64,000 nt of DNA from Octopus vulgaris (lineage: Eukaryota): NCBI GenBank assembly GCA_951406725.2, contig OX597817.1, forward strand, positions 3,472,001 to 3,536,000, given 5' to 3'. Position numbers and translations under genes: made by a program. The notes beneath the pieces are model-generated. The model ran no database searches, was not told the origin of the DNA, and saw nothing but the letters and a program-made list of their open reading frames with translations. Shown here in pieces: positions 12,007 through 26,008 of the stretch; position 1 is the stretch's first letter; every line of letters begins with the position of its first letter.

Positions 12007-14671
12007 TATCTTTATTTTTGATAAAACAACGACCAACAAGTATAAAATTTCCTACCTGTAATTTTACAAAATATAGTTAAATGAGTTCGAATGGGTCTGC
12101 AAGATTAGCTGTGGCTTAGGGTTACACATAACGAGTTCAAGTGCAGAGTTTTATTTACGTTTTCTATTCTTTGAATAGAGATAAGATTTCTTACTCAGAA
12201 CAAGACGATGGACGTGGCAATTACTTGTCTACTCTTAATTCTTAGACAAGGCTTGGTAGGAATTCCTCACCTATGTAAACACATGTCATTGAATTTAGGT
12301 ATTTCTTTGCTGAGACATGCAGCCAAATGCATTTAATGAATTATGCTCTAATTGCAGAGGAATCAATAGCGTAAATAGCTCTCACTCAAAATTTATCTCA
12401 AATAAAACGCTGTATAAAATCTTTTAATCGAAATGACACACGTGTAAAAATAATACTTTTAATCTAATAAATGTAAACACATTTTAAATTAATATTGTTC
12501 TTATACATCTTATACAATATGTAAAAATGTATGTTGAAAACTCAGGTATAATTATTTTTATGTACTTACTATATTTTTACTATGGATAACCTGCACTATG
12601 CTCCATTATGGAATAGATGGCTCATGGATGCCTAGCGTTTCCTTTCTTTCTCTTTTACTTCTATAATGACAGTTTTTGCTCTTCTGCGCAAAAAATTACT
12701 CGACGCATAAAGTATAGCATATTTTCCCTACTTATTAACGATTTGAAAACATGAAACTTTCTTCACTGTTTCCTTCTAAGAAGTATATCTCTCTGCAATT
12801 CTTGTTCTGTCTACATTTTTCTCATTAGTTTCCATGCTTTAAAGCAAATGGTTTTGAACGTGAAAGCAAAAACTGAATATTTTTTCTTGTGAAATTAAAT
12901 CTTGACAATTCGAGACCACCTTCTTGTCCTAGTATACACTTTCTGATACAGAAACGTCTCAGCATCTCATTCTTGCTCCCTTCAAAAAAAGCCCAGACCT
13001 TATGAATTTCAAGCTGAGTATTATAAAGTAGGGGCTTTTCGATAAATCGACATGGCAAGGTGATATCAGTTCGTGGTTGGAAATTCTTTTCCTTTATATT
13101 ACTATACTATTGAGAGGCGTCAGCTTCACAAAATTTCTCATTTCTTATAAATACGCTGACTTTTGTCGAAGTAAAAGATCATGTTTGTTTTAATGTTAGT
13201 GCCTTTAAAGCCGTTAGAGAGCCACACTGCCATAAACTGCTGAGGAAAGATCCTGCCATCTCTAAACTTTACTGTTTTAGATAGTGTGGTCTTAGAAATT
13301 TTATACTAAAGAGAAAAAACGGTGCGATTGTTACAGGTTTTTGGTAACAGGTTTGTGCGATCAAAGAAAAAGACAAAAAAAAAAAGACCTAAGCGTCATA
13401 AGTTGAACGCCTTTGATAACAAGTCTGTTGAATCAAAGTTATGACCCCATCCTAAACAAAATAGGAATATATTCTCTTTTGCACGATGTAGAGCAGCTGA
13501 ATGTTTCCCATGAAATACATTTGTCTCTCATTTATTGTGTCAGTTTGTAGTCTAGTATAATAATTAATTTTTGCTTTCAGTTTAGTTATTAGAAACTATA
13601 CGTAGTCTCTTTTCTGAGAAGGTAGGGTGTTTACTAACTGTAATTTTAAAAAAAATTTAGATTTTCTGATATTATTGGAGTTATTTACTTTAATTGCTTT
13701 TAGAGTTTAAAAAAAACTGGTGAACGAGTATTTTGTCTTTTAATTACAAAGATAATCCCTGTTTATCGAAAGGTTTAAATTCACTACATTGCTTATACGT
13801 ATGCAGTAAGCAGAAACTCATCTGAAACATTTTCATTCAAGCCTATTGTAGATATTTATGATCAACGGCAAATCCATACACTTTAGGCTGCATTTGAGCT
13901 TTCATATGAGTAAATAGATAGCTTTTTATAAAATTTCTATTCTTTTCACTGTTACTATAGTTATATTTGTTATACTCATCATTGTTGAGAAGCCACAAGC
14001 ATGTATTTCTGCTCGAATAGCCTGTTGCGTGAACCGGTCGAATGCTTCAGTTTTGGCTTGTGGTCTAGATTGAAGCACAAACTAGATATAACGTGGGTCG
14101 GATGGGAACAATTATTCTTAAAACTCTATTCTTGATGTAGGCCAAAGTAAACAAATAAAGGGGTCAATATACATTGTAACAACTTTATTCACAATAAAGA
14201 AGAGAATATAATTTATCAAATTTTGCTTGCAGAAATATTGGGGAAAAGCGCATCCATAGGGTATATACACAGTTCTATTAAGTGTACTAAGAAGGTGACT
14301 AGAGACAAAAATTCTCCAAATGAATGCATGCAGTTCCTGAGAAGACCAATGGTTGCTAGAAAGCTTGCACTGTTTCAGCTGAAAAAAATCCCTTTTAAAT
14401 ATCGTTCATATCGCTAGAATCCATTTATGTAGATTATGTGGAATATGTGTTTACATTTGAAAGACAACATCTCTTGTTTAGTGTATATAGACTAAAGTGA
14501 AGGGCAAATGGACCACAGTGTTTTAGTATATAGCTTCAAAAGCTTCTCTTTCATTGATTGAAATCCCAAAAGTGGACTGACTTGTCTAATCTGAACCGGT
14601 GTTAATCACGATTCTACTCGACCCCAGCTCTCAATAGTTTCTCTCTATGAGAGATTTAGAAATTTAATATT

Positions 14672-14726
<55 letters not shown>

Positions 14727-14727
14727 T

Positions 14728-15010
14728 AAAACCCTTGATTTAATAACGCCGTGTACAAACTCTATGCTTGGAATGACCAATTTTAAATACTATTGGAAAT
14801 TACTCACAATACCATATATGTATACCATTGTATACCACTTCACTCTCTATTTCATATCTTATCTAAATTAACTATTGCTTAAACATTTTCTCACACCGTC
14901 TCCGATGAAGGGATATAATAAATATCCTGGAAACAGCTGTAAGACCTTCTATTTATAAATGTTCTAAAATCTTTCACAGCTTTGGACTTTTATCTCATTC
15001 TGAAAAATTG
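14728..15010 (+). mobile_element. Short Penelope-like non-autonomous element inserted in (TA)n
   Basis: TA tracts on both sides; contains hammerhead fold at 14898-14945. Confidence 0.6.
14898..14945 (+). ncRNA. Minimal type-I hammerhead-like motif with CCGATGA core
   Basis: GTCT-CCGATGA-ag ggatat aataa atatcc tg-GAAA-cagct-GTA-AGAC; palindromic ACAGCTGT helix III. Confidence 0.6.
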
Positions 15011-15231
15011 ATATATATATGTATATAATTAAAAGTATTATAAACTAGTATTGCAACTTTGCAACTTGCTTGAAGGACTGCAGTATGTATGAATGAGACA
15101 AATGGACAAATGCTTGAAAAGATCCTTGATCAACGCAGGAGAGGATTCAAACAAAATATTCAAGGTGATATCAATAAATGAAAACAAAGGGGGAAAGTAT
15201 CGCGTTACTTTACTTTACAAAGGTTTTTTAA

Positions 15232-15467
15232 TGATCCTATTATAGTTCGGGTAAAAAAAATATCCGTTTTAAATAGAAAAAAGAAAATAAAGAAAGCTTT
15301 CGGAGAAAAGTGTTATCGGCTGGCCTTTCTACTGTGGAGTAACAAAAGGCAGCCTTCCGTTATAACACTACTAGAATGGCCTACCAATAAAAATGCATTT
15401 CTCCAAACTCATTATTTTCTTTCTTCTATTTGAAAAGGAGAATTTTTCCCGAAATATTACAGGATCA
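15232..15467. mobile_element. Old foldback/MITE-like element with ~100-bp imperfect inverted arms
   Basis: tgatcct..ttcggg..aaatagaa.aaagaaaataa..ggagaaa..ggcc.ttcta recurs in reverse complement at the right end. Confidence 0.55.
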
Positions 15468-15907
15468 GCTTGTCTATGTAATACAGTGTCTTTCCTCTTT
15501 GTTCTCATTCATTATCAGCACTTGACATATCTTGCTTAATTTCTTACCAAAATTGCTCAAAGGCTTTTACAATCTAAAAAAATTATGATAATTTCTTATA
15601 CATATAATTGAACTAGAGGCCTGAATAAACTTGTAATGAGCCAGATTCAATCTACTATCCTTAGGTTTGATACACGTAAAAGAATATTACACACTCTCTT
15701 AAAGCTTATATGGCTTTGTGGAATGTAGTTGATAATCGAATCATATCCCATCCGACTTGCTGTTTTTCAGATTTACTTGGTGATTGCACCAAACGAAGTT
15801 GATTCGCACTTCGAGAATAACCATTATTGAATGGGGACAAAACAGTGTGTGGTACTAAAGCTATTATTTGACGATGTCAAACTGCATCAGTAAAACACTG
15901 GTTTATC

Positions 15908-16039
<132 letters not shown>

Positions 16040-16542
16040 TAGATAGAAATAATGGGTTGTATACATTTTTTGTTAGAGGCTTATAACTGTTTCAGATATG
16101 CGCTTGGGTGGGTTCATTGTTAAATCTAATCAGTCGATTGATTGATTGTCTGAAAATTAAAAAAATTTAGAGTTGTAAGCTCTAAATTATTGAACCAAGA
16201 AGGCATATGGGAGTCACCATACCCAGGTGCTCAAAATGATTATATATCCAAAGATTGTTCTAAGTACTCCCATAAATCTTTTCTCAAACACCCACTTAAT
16301 TCTTTGCCTTTAACTCCTCACACCATACAAGAAAAATCTCCTCAAGGCTTACTGCATTGCATACATTTACATTATGCACTAAAGTCCTAGTTGCTTCAAA
16401 CAAAAATACCCACCAGTCCTAACAATGTGACAGCATTAACAATGTTCCTCCAGAACTAATCTCTGTCTTCATAAAACTCTTTGATCTCTCTCTCCCCCCT
16501 TTCCTTCCCCCTCTCTCTCCAATCTCTCTTTCCTGAGATATA

Positions 16543-17107
16543 TTGGGTTGTCCGGAAAATTCGTGCGGATTTATAGCAGCTTACCTTTCGACTTATTTTA
16601 GAACATGGTTGAGTCCATAAAATAGGATTTGACTACACCTCCATTTCGAGCACAGTTTAAGCTATCTTTTCCTGGAAGAAGGTTTATGTTCCTATAACCT
16701 GTGTCAATTCTGTAACCCTTTAAAATGGAAGATACGAAAGTTCATTTTCGGCACTAGATGCTTTAGGAACCAGACAAAAATTGCTGCAGCTCGGCTGGGA
16801 TGTGTTACCCACCCTCCATATTCACCAGCTATTGCGCCTTCGGATTTCCACTTATTCAAGTCTCTGCAGAATAGTCTTAATGATAAAAATTTCAATTCCT
16901 TGGATGACGTAAAAAGATACCTTGATGAATTCTTTGCCATGAAACCACCTCAATTCTGGGAAGAGGATATTTTCAAGTTAAAAGAAAGATGGAGACGCAT
17001 TGTGCAACAACATGGTTCATATTTGGTTGATTAAAAATGTAATGGCAAGTATTTATTGACCTTTTTCTTGCCTTTAAAAATCGGCACGAACTTTCCGGAC
17101 AACGCAA
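16543..17107 (+). mobile_element. Internally deleted mariner element with both TIRs and TA target duplication
   Basis: TIRs ttgggttgtccggaaaattcgtgcggattt / aaatcggcacgaactttccggacaacgcaa, TA both sides; N-term MEDTKVHFRH joined to C-term QLGWDVL..PPYSPAIAPSDFHLFKSLQN..ERWRRIV..GSY. Confidence 0.93.
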
Positions 17108-17219
17108 TATTTCAATCTTTAAAGTGAAGCTACAGTGAGTCCCATTCTTAGGAAATACACTCTATTCATGCCAACTAACGTCTTAACAGCCTTGCTACCA
17201 AGTAAAGTTGTTATTGCTT

Positions 17220-17430
17220 TTAGTCTCAGATCTGCTCTGATTGAGTGAGCGTGTAACCAAAATCCTTTGAATTTGTCATAATTTTTACTTTGTTTCCGGT
17301 ATAATGTATCCAGGACTACATTATTCAAAATACCCACTTTCTTTCCTTAGTAAAACAGTAGGGTATGATTTGTGGGAGATTTCGTTGTTATTTCTAGCAT
17401 TGTAGATCTGCTATATAGAGGCTTTCATTT
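17220..17430 (+). repeat. Old dispersed repeat family F (related copies near 19270-19470, 20080-20370, 28130-28270, 28345-28550, and reversed near 4490-4560, 6050-6120, 6420-6530, 13240-13460)
   Basis: Recurrent blocks ggactacattat, gtagggt.tgatttg.gggagattt.gctg.tatttctagca, and aaaggcattcc.accatgac.atccca. Confidence 0.55.
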
Positions 17431-17894
17431 TGACTTGATTACACTTTATTTTTCCCCCTGAGGCTATTGACATTGAGATTCTAATTGGAATTAGTCACTA
17501 CATTAATGGGCAATAGAAAGTTATCAGTATTACAATTTACTTCTACAATTTCCCGTAACCCTGAATCTTCGTCTCTGATTAATAAATTCTCCAGAAGAGT
17601 AAAAGCTGTGGCAAAATGACCTAAAATGGATTCAATATTGGACTTGTAACTAATGTGTCAATATTTCTGAAATTAGTGATTGTGTCAATAATTTACATTT
17701 TCTGTACTATTAAACTCATCTCTCATGTAATTTCTTTTTGTGATTAATACCGAATTTCTGAAGCAATGAAGATTGGACGAATTGAAACAAACAACATTAA
17801 AGACAAAGTTATGAAAATGAGATTAATAGTCTAGAAAATTTAAATTATTGCAAGTACATGGTTGGTCAGTTCAAATCCACAACGCATCTCAGTT

Positions 17895-18930
17895 GACCAT
17901 CTATCTCCTCCTCTCTCCCCCTCCCTTTCTCTGTCTTCTCTCACTCTCCCTTTCCATTTCTCTGCCTCCCCCTTTTTCTGCCCCCTCTCTCCCTCTCCAT
18001 TTCTCTGCCACCTCTCTCTCCTTCTCCACTCTTTCTCACCCCATTCTCTCTTTTAATTTTTCTGTCTTCTTTCAACCTTCATTTATTCACAATTTGCTTC
18101 TTCATTTTTCTCTTTCTATCACTATTTACCACTCTTTCATCCTAATTACCACTATCTCTCTCTCTCTCTCTCCCCTATCATGCACTTCATCTTCCTCTCT
18201 ATTTTTCTCTGTTGTTCCCCTCTTTGTCGCTCTCTTTTTCCCCATATCTCTCCTTAATTCTCTTTCTAACTTTACCACTCTTTTTCTATCGATATTCCAT
18301 TATCTTTCTCTAATTTCCTTTCTCTCTCTATTGCTCTCTTTCTTTCTTTCTCTCTCTCTCTCTCTCTCTGTCTCTTTCTTTCTCTCTCTCTCTCTCTGTC
18401 TCTTTCTCTCTTTCTCTTTTACTCTCTGAGTCAACCTGTCAGTTTCTCACTTTCTTTTGCTTTATATTTTTTATTCTTTTTCTTCCAAACTTTATCTGTC
18501 TCTTCTTATTGGTCTCCCTTCTCTGTTTTTGTCTGTCTCTCTCTCTCCCTCCCCCTCATTCTCTCCTTATTACCATTTTCTCTGTCTTTTCTCCATTTCT
18601 TTCTTACTAATTATCCCTTCTTCTCTCATTAATTTTGTTTTGTGCCTCATATTTCTCCTTAACTTTCTCATGCTATCTTATATTTTCATCCCCTTCTTAT
18701 TTTACCACCTCTCTCTCTCTCTCTTTCTCTCTCTCTCCTTCTCTCCCTCTCTCCTTCTCTCCCTCTCTCAATTTCTTTCTGTCACTTTTTCTATTTTTCA
18801 TGAACTTTCACTCTATGGTTCAATCCTTCCCCCCTCCTTCTCACTTTCGCACTTCACTTTTCACCAATTCTTCTCTCTTCCCCCTTTCTCTACCATTTTA
18901 CCTCTTTATCTCTCACTCTCTTTCTCTTCA
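17895..18930. repeat. CT-rich polypyrimidine low-complexity tract
   Basis: Degenerate (CT)n/(CTT)n over about 1 kb. Confidence 0.9.
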
Positions 18931-19515
18931 ATGCATGTGCATGTATTTGTGTAAATGTGCATCTGTGCATGACTCTCACTGTCGATGTGTATATATATAT
19001 ACAAGCATTTCACTGAATATATATCTCTAAGTGCATGTGTGTCTGTTTTTATGTGTAAATGTATGTTGCGTAATGCTGTGTGCATCAGCAAATGTCTCGG
19101 AGACACATAATTGCGGGTGCGAACAAGTATGGTTTCAAAGGCAATACGACGTCGTAATAACAGAATGGTAGTTATAGGTGAAGCTAGTGGTGATATAATT
19201 GTCATAGGAGTGGTGATTGGTATAATTGGAATATATGTATGACGATCGTGGTATTTGTTGCTGTTATTATATAACTTATGGTCAGCTTTGATCAAACAGA
19301 CTTTAATAAATGGCATTCCCACCATGACTATCCCACTTCTTTCAGTTTTTTTTTTATTTTTGGCGTAGTATTTTTCGGGTCACGTCATCCGATGTATCCT
19401 TTATATTTTTCCAGACAGTAAGATGTGATTTGAGGGAGTAAACGGCTACAATTTCTTGTTGGTTGAGGAAACTCCTTGAGCGTCTGGAGTTGGGGATGTT
19501 TGTTGGTGATAATTG

Positions 19516-19818
19516 TTGTTTGTTCCTTCTCGAGCCATGTCTGGCTCATAAGGGCCGGTTTCCCGGTTTCCTTGGCGTATAGGCTTCCCACCTGGACGGG
19601 ACGCCGGTCCGTCGCAGGTGAGCTGCAAGATGCAGGAGGAAAGAATGAGAGAAAGTTGTGGCGAAAGAGTCAGCAGAAGGTCGTCATTACCTTCTGCCGG
19701 AGCCGCATGGAGCACAGGTGTTTTGCTCATAAACACACACATCGCCGGTCTGAGATTCGAACACGCGATCCCTCGACCGCGAGTCCGCTCTCTAACCACT
19801 AGGTCATGTGCCTCCACA
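19516..19818 (-). mobile_element. tRNA(Arg-like)-derived SINE family C
   Basis: Head ctagtggttagagagcggactcgcggtc..gttcgaatc; cctgcgacggaccggcgtcccgtccagg (V-SINE-like block by recall); 13-bp TSD TTGGTGATAATTG at 19503-15 and 19819-31. Confidence 0.9.
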
Positions 19819-20704
19819 TTGGTGATAATTGACACTGCTCAAAGTTTATAATACTCGGTAGCGATATAATGATGATTGTGACATTGGAATTCTATTGGAA
19901 TCGGTACTGGTTGTGTTCAGAGTAGAGTGTATCAAAAATAGTAGCGATGATATGTAAATGTTTGTAGTGGTAAAGGTGTCGCAAATTTGTAATAGAGATG
20001 GAAATGGTGAATATAATATAGAGTTGCAAATTGTAATTGACTATGATAATTTTGTGCAATAGTGGTTCTTGTTGAGTAGCCCCAGGTTAGCTTTGATTGA
20101 ACAAACGTTATTACACATAGGTTGACAGTCGAATGACTAGCACGGTCCACAGATCTACTTTTTCAGCTGTAGTTGTGTTTTTGTTTTTGTTCCAGGTTAG
20201 TCCCAGTGGGACATAGTTGTGATGAATGGAACTCTGTGACTATTCCATCTATATTTTTATGAATTAAAACCAGTCAGAGCCACGTTAGCGAGCGAGATCT
20301 TTTCTAAAGTGGTAGGATGTTACTTAAGGGAGATTTGGCTGCTGATTGTAACAGAGCTGCTGTGTAGGGGCAAAATCAGTTGATTGTCTTTGTTGTAGTA
20401 TGACATGATATGGTGATGGTCATAATTATTCTTGTATGAACATACAAATGATCGTGGTAAATGAAATGCAACCGTAGTAGAGTGTTGGATTAAGCACCTT
20501 TGTCCTGGAATGCTTCAGATACAAATCTTACTAGAATTGACTTTTCTCTCATTCTTCAAGTGACATTAGATGAGTAAGATAAGATCCTGTCATCTAATTA
20601 CTGTCAATGATTATATTTAGTTGATTATAGCACTTCCCTACTCGTTTGTGGCCACGAACATTCACTTTTAAATCAGTAGAGGAGAGGTGTATTATCTTTC
20701 AAGG

Positions 20705-21175
20705 ATAATACTGGTACTTATTTTGTAGACTCAGAAAAAAAATGAAAACAAAACTGACCTCAGTGAAATTTTAATTTAGAATGCACAAGATACATCAGCC
20801 AAAATACTTGCAGCATTTTATGCTCTGAGTTCAAAACCCACCGATCAACTTTGCCTTTTATTGTTCCAGGGTCAATAAAATAAAGCACTAGTCAAGTACT
20901 GGGGTCAGTGGTTAACGAGTACTCCCCTTCCTTCAAAATTGTTGGCCTTATGCATGAATTAAAAACCATTAGCGGATTAGCAGAATGGTTACACAAAATG
21001 CCTTGCACTATTTCTTATAACTCACAACGTTCTGAGTTCGATTCCTACGGAGGTCGACTTTGCCTTTCATCCTTTCATGGTTGATAACATAAAGAACAGT
21101 CAAGTTCAGGGGACAATGGTATTGACTAACCCCTCGTCTCAAAATTATTGGCTTCGTGCCGAATCAGAAACAATT
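20705..21175. mobile_element. Cluster of three old family A SINE copies (one minus, two plus)
   Basis: ctggtacttatttt, ctgagttcaaa..actttgccttt, gtcgactttgcctttcatcc blocks. Confidence 0.75.
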
Positions 21176-21239
21176 ATTACCAAGTACATCAAGGTGATTG
21201 GCACACTTCTAAAAGACTAAAAGGTGATTAGAAGAGCAA

Positions 21240-21590
21240 AATATCAACCAAGGAAAGTCAGTGGACCTGTAGCTCGGTGGCTGGAGAAGCTGGTTTATGT
21301 TGTCCAACAGCGTCGTGAAGAGCTGGAAAAATCAGTTAAATTACTCGGGATTTGGCTTGGTCTGAATCTCCAGGTGAAGAAAAACTAGGATGAGGGGATG
21401 AGAGTGACCAGTTTCACCAAAGAATGGGCCTCCAGAAAGCTAGCCCTAAATGATCGAACAGAAGTAGCGAACGCCCACATCACTTTTTGTTATATTTCAC
21501 CGCCAGACCATCGTACGTTGTCCCACATCGATTATTTATTTGGTGATGGGCAAACATGTGCCATCTCGAACAGACCTATATATATACATA
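21240..21590 (+). mobile_element. L1/Tx1-like LINE ORF2 fragment (RT C-terminal part), decayed
   Basis: SVKLLGIWLGLNLQVKKN*, W.SRKLAL..R.EVANAHI resemble the KYLGV / W..R.LSL.GR motifs of L1-Tx1. Confidence 0.55.
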
Positions 21591-21618
21591 TAATAATCTC
21601 CACCCCATATGATATATC

Positions 21619-21658
<40 letters not shown>

Positions 21659-21687
21659 TAAGAGAGAGAGAGTGAGAGAAAGAGAGA

Positions 21688-21730
<43 letters not shown>

Positions 21731-22315
21731 CGTGTGTGTGTGTAAGTAATCTGACAAAAGTGGGGCCCCGTTCAATTTCGACTGATCAAAATTGTTGCAG
21801 CAAAAAACCTTTAGATGGTTGGAGAAACACGAAAGGAAAAGATAAAGAAAATTTCTCAAAAAAGAGAACAATATAAAATAACGATAATAGGTGAGGTGGA
21901 ACAGTTTCTTTAAAACAACAATGAAACTCTTTCTTAGGAAAATCAGAAATAAAAAAATGAAGAGCTTAGATTTACCATTATTCAAAATCAAACAATTAAT
22001 TGACAAAATTATGCGTCTATGATGCCATTTTAACTTTCAAAGAAATTAAAATGACAGAAAAAAAAACCCAGTTAGGTCAAGAATATAATGAACATGTAAA
22101 TGACGGATTATTCGTAAAAATAAAACTAAAGCCGAACAACAAAAGACCATAATCTGAAGATGTAGTTTTACAACATCAAATGTCTCGCTTACAAGTACAT
22201 TGGGTTGCATTTATACACAATTCGAGAAATGGTTAATGAGTAGGGAGTGGTGTACCGATATCCAATCTAGCCAGTAACTTGTCCTGTTTTATTCCTTTAA
22301 TTACATCTTGTTTCT

Positions 22316-22507
22316 TAGCACGCCGGGCGAAATGCTTAGCAGTATTTCGTCTGCCGTTACGTTCTGAGTTCTAATTCCGCCGAGTTCGACTTTGCCTTTC
22401 ATCCTTTCGGGGTTGATAAATTAAGTACCAGTTGCGTATTAGGGTCGATCTAATCGACTAGCCCTCTCTCCTTAAATTTCGGGCCTTGTGCCTAGAGTAG
22501 AAAAAGA
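22316..22507 (+). mobile_element. SINE family A, 5'-clipped
   Basis: Close match to family A consensus. Confidence 0.85.
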
Positions 22508-22639
22508 ATTATATCTTGTTTTATCTGTTGAGTATGTTTTTCGTATATCGTATAGCCACCGTTAGCGGATCTTTTCCTTTTCATGGGCAGTTCGATTAAT
22601 TAATTTTCTTTAACTAAACACTTTGAAACTTCGTATGCT

Positions 22640-23330
22640 TGGCACCTCAGGTGCCGTCAAGCACTCACAGTCCTCTGCCAGGCGGGCAATGTGGTCGGTG
22701 GTAGTTCCACTCTAGCGTTCTATAGAGGGCTAGTGGAGGGAAAGTGCGACAATGTTCTCGGGGAAACTCTGGGTGACGATGAAGATCAACTAACCAATTT
22801 GTTTCGGATAACTTTTGGCCTGGTGCCTATGGACAACTTCCAGAAATCATATGGAAAACATTGATATAAACTTTACAGGCAGAAGTGCTGTTAGCTGGAC
22901 CTGCCCTAGATGTGCCCAGAAGGATGAAACCGTTCTGCACGCCTTAGTTCAGGGCCCAAGTATTGCTGACCTATGGGTTTATGTCGAACACCTGCTGTCG
23001 CGTGTAGGACGGATCCGGATATCAGCTGAATCCATTATGAAGATTGCCCCTCCACCCTGTTTTAGCCGAGAGGGGCAGGCAATTTTATTTGTTTAGTGGC
23101 TGTACCGAAAAAGGTAGTATGGTTGACCGGTTTGAAAAGGATAAAGACAGACACTTTCCTCTTTGGTCAAGCCCTCATCAACTTTTTCAAGTTTCACTTG
23201 AAAAGGAAGTTGAGGGTGGAGAGGGAAGTGTTGCCTTGTAGCAAGTTTGTTGAAAGGTGGCTGAATGTTGGAAGAATGGCCAGTCTGAAATGACCAATTC
23301 TGAGTGTGCACCTGTAAAGAGGGGATTTAA
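22640..23330 (+). mobile_element. L1/Tx1-like LINE 3' fragment with zf-RVT-type CCHC motif, frameshifted
   Basis: TCPRCAQKDETVLHALVQGPSIADLWVYVE followed by VPKKVVWLT..FVERW. Confidence 0.7.
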
Positions 23331-23549
23331 GGAGAAAGGTTCTTGTTCTGTTGTTTTATGTGAGCCCCTGTGGCTAATAAAACAATTAATTGTTGTTGCT
23401 GTTGTTGGTCAAAAATATTACATCGTGAGATATGGTGGTAACAAATCTTCTCAAATTTCAAGAATCTTTTTTAGGGCTCTGGCAGAATACAGAATTTCTT
23501 CAGGTCAACAATGCAGTACCCAATCTCATTATTCTTCAGCCTTGTAGGG

Positions 23550-25570
23550 AGCAATTTGGGTGTTGTGTCAAGTGCACAAATTAGCACAGGAACCACAGTA
23601 TTTGGGCCCTGATATTCCTCAATTTTCTTAATTTCTTTGATATCGACTCAATTTCCATGATATTCTAAAATCTACGATCTTACACCATTTATCTCTCTCT
23701 TTGTCTTCTACTATTATATCTGACCTTGTTGCTACAATAGTGTTTATGGAGGAATTGCATAAAACCGTGTAGCAATCATTTACTATCATGCTAACATTCC
23801 AATGCACTCTTTTACCAGCACAGTCATACCTGTGCTTACACACTTTATATTTTAGCTTATTGCTAGATGGTTGATACTTTCATCTCCTTTCCAACATATT
23901 CTGCACTTGATCTCTGACATAGTTTTATTCATTTCAGTCTTTATCAAGTTCATTGTAATGGTATATTCCTGGGTGGCTATAATTAGTGATTCGATTTCTC
24001 ATTTCAGGTTTCTTCTTGTCAACCACAGCCAGCATTCTTTACTTCCCACATCAAAAGTCGTTCTTCCTTCTGTTCATGAATTGTCTTACTATTTCACTGA
24101 CGTTTTTTTTTTTTTTGTAAATTTCCGACTGCTGACAGAATTGTTTCATTACAGTCGGTGAGCTGGCAGAAATGTTAGCACGCCGGGTGAAATGCTTAGC
24201 CGTATTTCGTCTGCCGCTACGTTCTGAGTTCAAATTCCGCAGAGGTCGACTTTGCCTTTCATCCTTTCGGGGTCGATTAAATAAGTACCAGTTACGCACT
24301 GGGGTCGATATAATCGACTTAATCCGTTTCTCTGTCCTTGTTTGTCCTCTCTGTGTTTAGCCCCTTGTGGGTAGTAAAGAAACATGTATTTCGTCTGTCT
24401 TTACACTCTGAGTTCAAATTCTGCCGAGGTAGACATTGCCTTTCATCTTTTCGGGGTCGATAAATTAAGTACCAGTTGCATACTGGGGTCGATCTAATCA
24501 ACATAATCCCTTTCCCACAAAATTTGGAGCGTCGTACCTAAAATAGAAAGGAGTATTCTTTCATCACTACGCACAAGCCTAATATTGTAGTACTGATGGT
24601 ATCGTCTGCATTTAATAAACTACTTTCTTCATTTCTTAGTAACTAGAGTCTTTTGTTATTACTTATAGGGCAGCTCATGTTGTGCATCGAGAGCAGCTTC
24701 ATAGTTCTGTTTAATTTCTGAAACTCTGTGTGTGTCCACTTTATAAAAGGAGCAGAGTGTTTCAGTGCTAGCATAACCCGTGTAGTGATTGCTTGGATAA
24801 CATTCACTCCATTTACTTTTGTTTCATGTAACTTCTTAATCTTTCTTTGGAGACTTCCTCTCTCATTTCTCTTTCTAGTACCTCATCGTCCTGTAGCACC
24901 CTTAGATACTCGTACCATTCATTATCTTCCAGCAATCTGATGATGTCATCTTGTGGGATCTTTATACGTTCAGTTTGATTTATTGACCTTCATAATAATT
25001 AAACCTGAACACTTATTTGCCCTAAACTGCAGACCAATATCTTTGCTAATTTCTTTTTTCTTGTTTGGATTAGAGAATCCAGATCTTTTGCATTTATTAT
25101 GTATAGGTTGATACATTTTCCTCCTGGTTCAAGCAAGTTGATAGGCTGGCCTAGATTTTCTCAGAATATTTGTCAGAGATTAACACAATATTTCAAGGTA
25201 ATGGCAAGAATGTATGTCCTTGAAATATTACCCTGCATACTTTTACATTTCGTTATGATTCATTTGTGCATATTAGTTCTACTTCTCATGATAGCATGGC
25301 ATTTTCTAAAAAGAAATCTGTTAATTTTCTCATTGACCTCCCTCACCCCCAAGTATTCCCAGGCATTCTAAGAACCAACAGTGTGAAATATTGTCATAAG
25401 CTTCTTCTTGTCTATCCATCTAACAGCTAAGGCCATTCTTATTCATACTTTCTTAATTTCATGCTATCATTATACAACCAGCCAGCAGTTCCACTTGACC
25501 TCATTCTGCATCCTTTTTCCTCCTCTGATGATAAATTCTTCTTATCCAGAAAGCTATACAATTCATCTGC
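23550..25570 (-). mobile_element. Heavily decayed R4/Dong-like LINE, interrupted by SINEs
   Basis: Minus strand EEEKGCR, WID..AYDNISHCW (RT), YKHRYDCAGKRVHWN and ATRSDIIVEDKE..CKIVDF (endonuclease region). Confidence 0.7.
24157..24553 (+). mobile_element. Family A SINE dimer/nest: young copy 24157-24382 followed by headless older copy
   Basis: Young tail gtttagccccttgtgggtagtaaagaaa immediately followed by tatttcgtctg..gagttcaaatt of a second copy. Confidence 0.85.
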
Positions 25571-25614
25571 TGTGAGGTCAATTAATAGTTTTCAGAGTAA
25601 TGGTTAATTTAGTG

Positions 25615-25958
25615 GCATTTCAACTGTCGTCGCATGCTGAGTTCAAATTCTGCCAGGGTTGACTTTACCTGTCATAATTTCTGCATCAATAAAATAAGTA
25701 GCAGTCGAGAACTTATCCCTGCCCCCAAAATTGCTGGCTTCGTGCAAAAATGTGAAGTCATCATCGTCATCATCATCATGATGCTCAGAGGCATCTTGTC
25801 CATCTTTATGTATTGAGTTCAAGTACTGCTGAGATTGACTTTGCCTTTCATTTTTTTAGGGATCAATAAAATAAGTACCAGTTGGGTATTGGGGTTAATG
25901 TAATTAACAAGCCCTCACACAACAAAAATTTTGGGCCTTGAGCCTGTAGTAAAAAGAA

Positions 25959-25960
<2 letters not shown>
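25615..25960 (+). mobile_element. Two old family A SINE copies
   Basis: ctgagttcaaattctgccagggttgacttt and gattgactttgcctttca..ataagtaccagtt blocks. Confidence 0.7.

Positions 25961-26008
<48 letters not shown>

Noticed and set aside
12020-14660. Relatively repeat-poor stretch as possible host exons
   Set aside because: No ORF with recognisable motifs or convincing splice structure; cannot be supported from sequence alone
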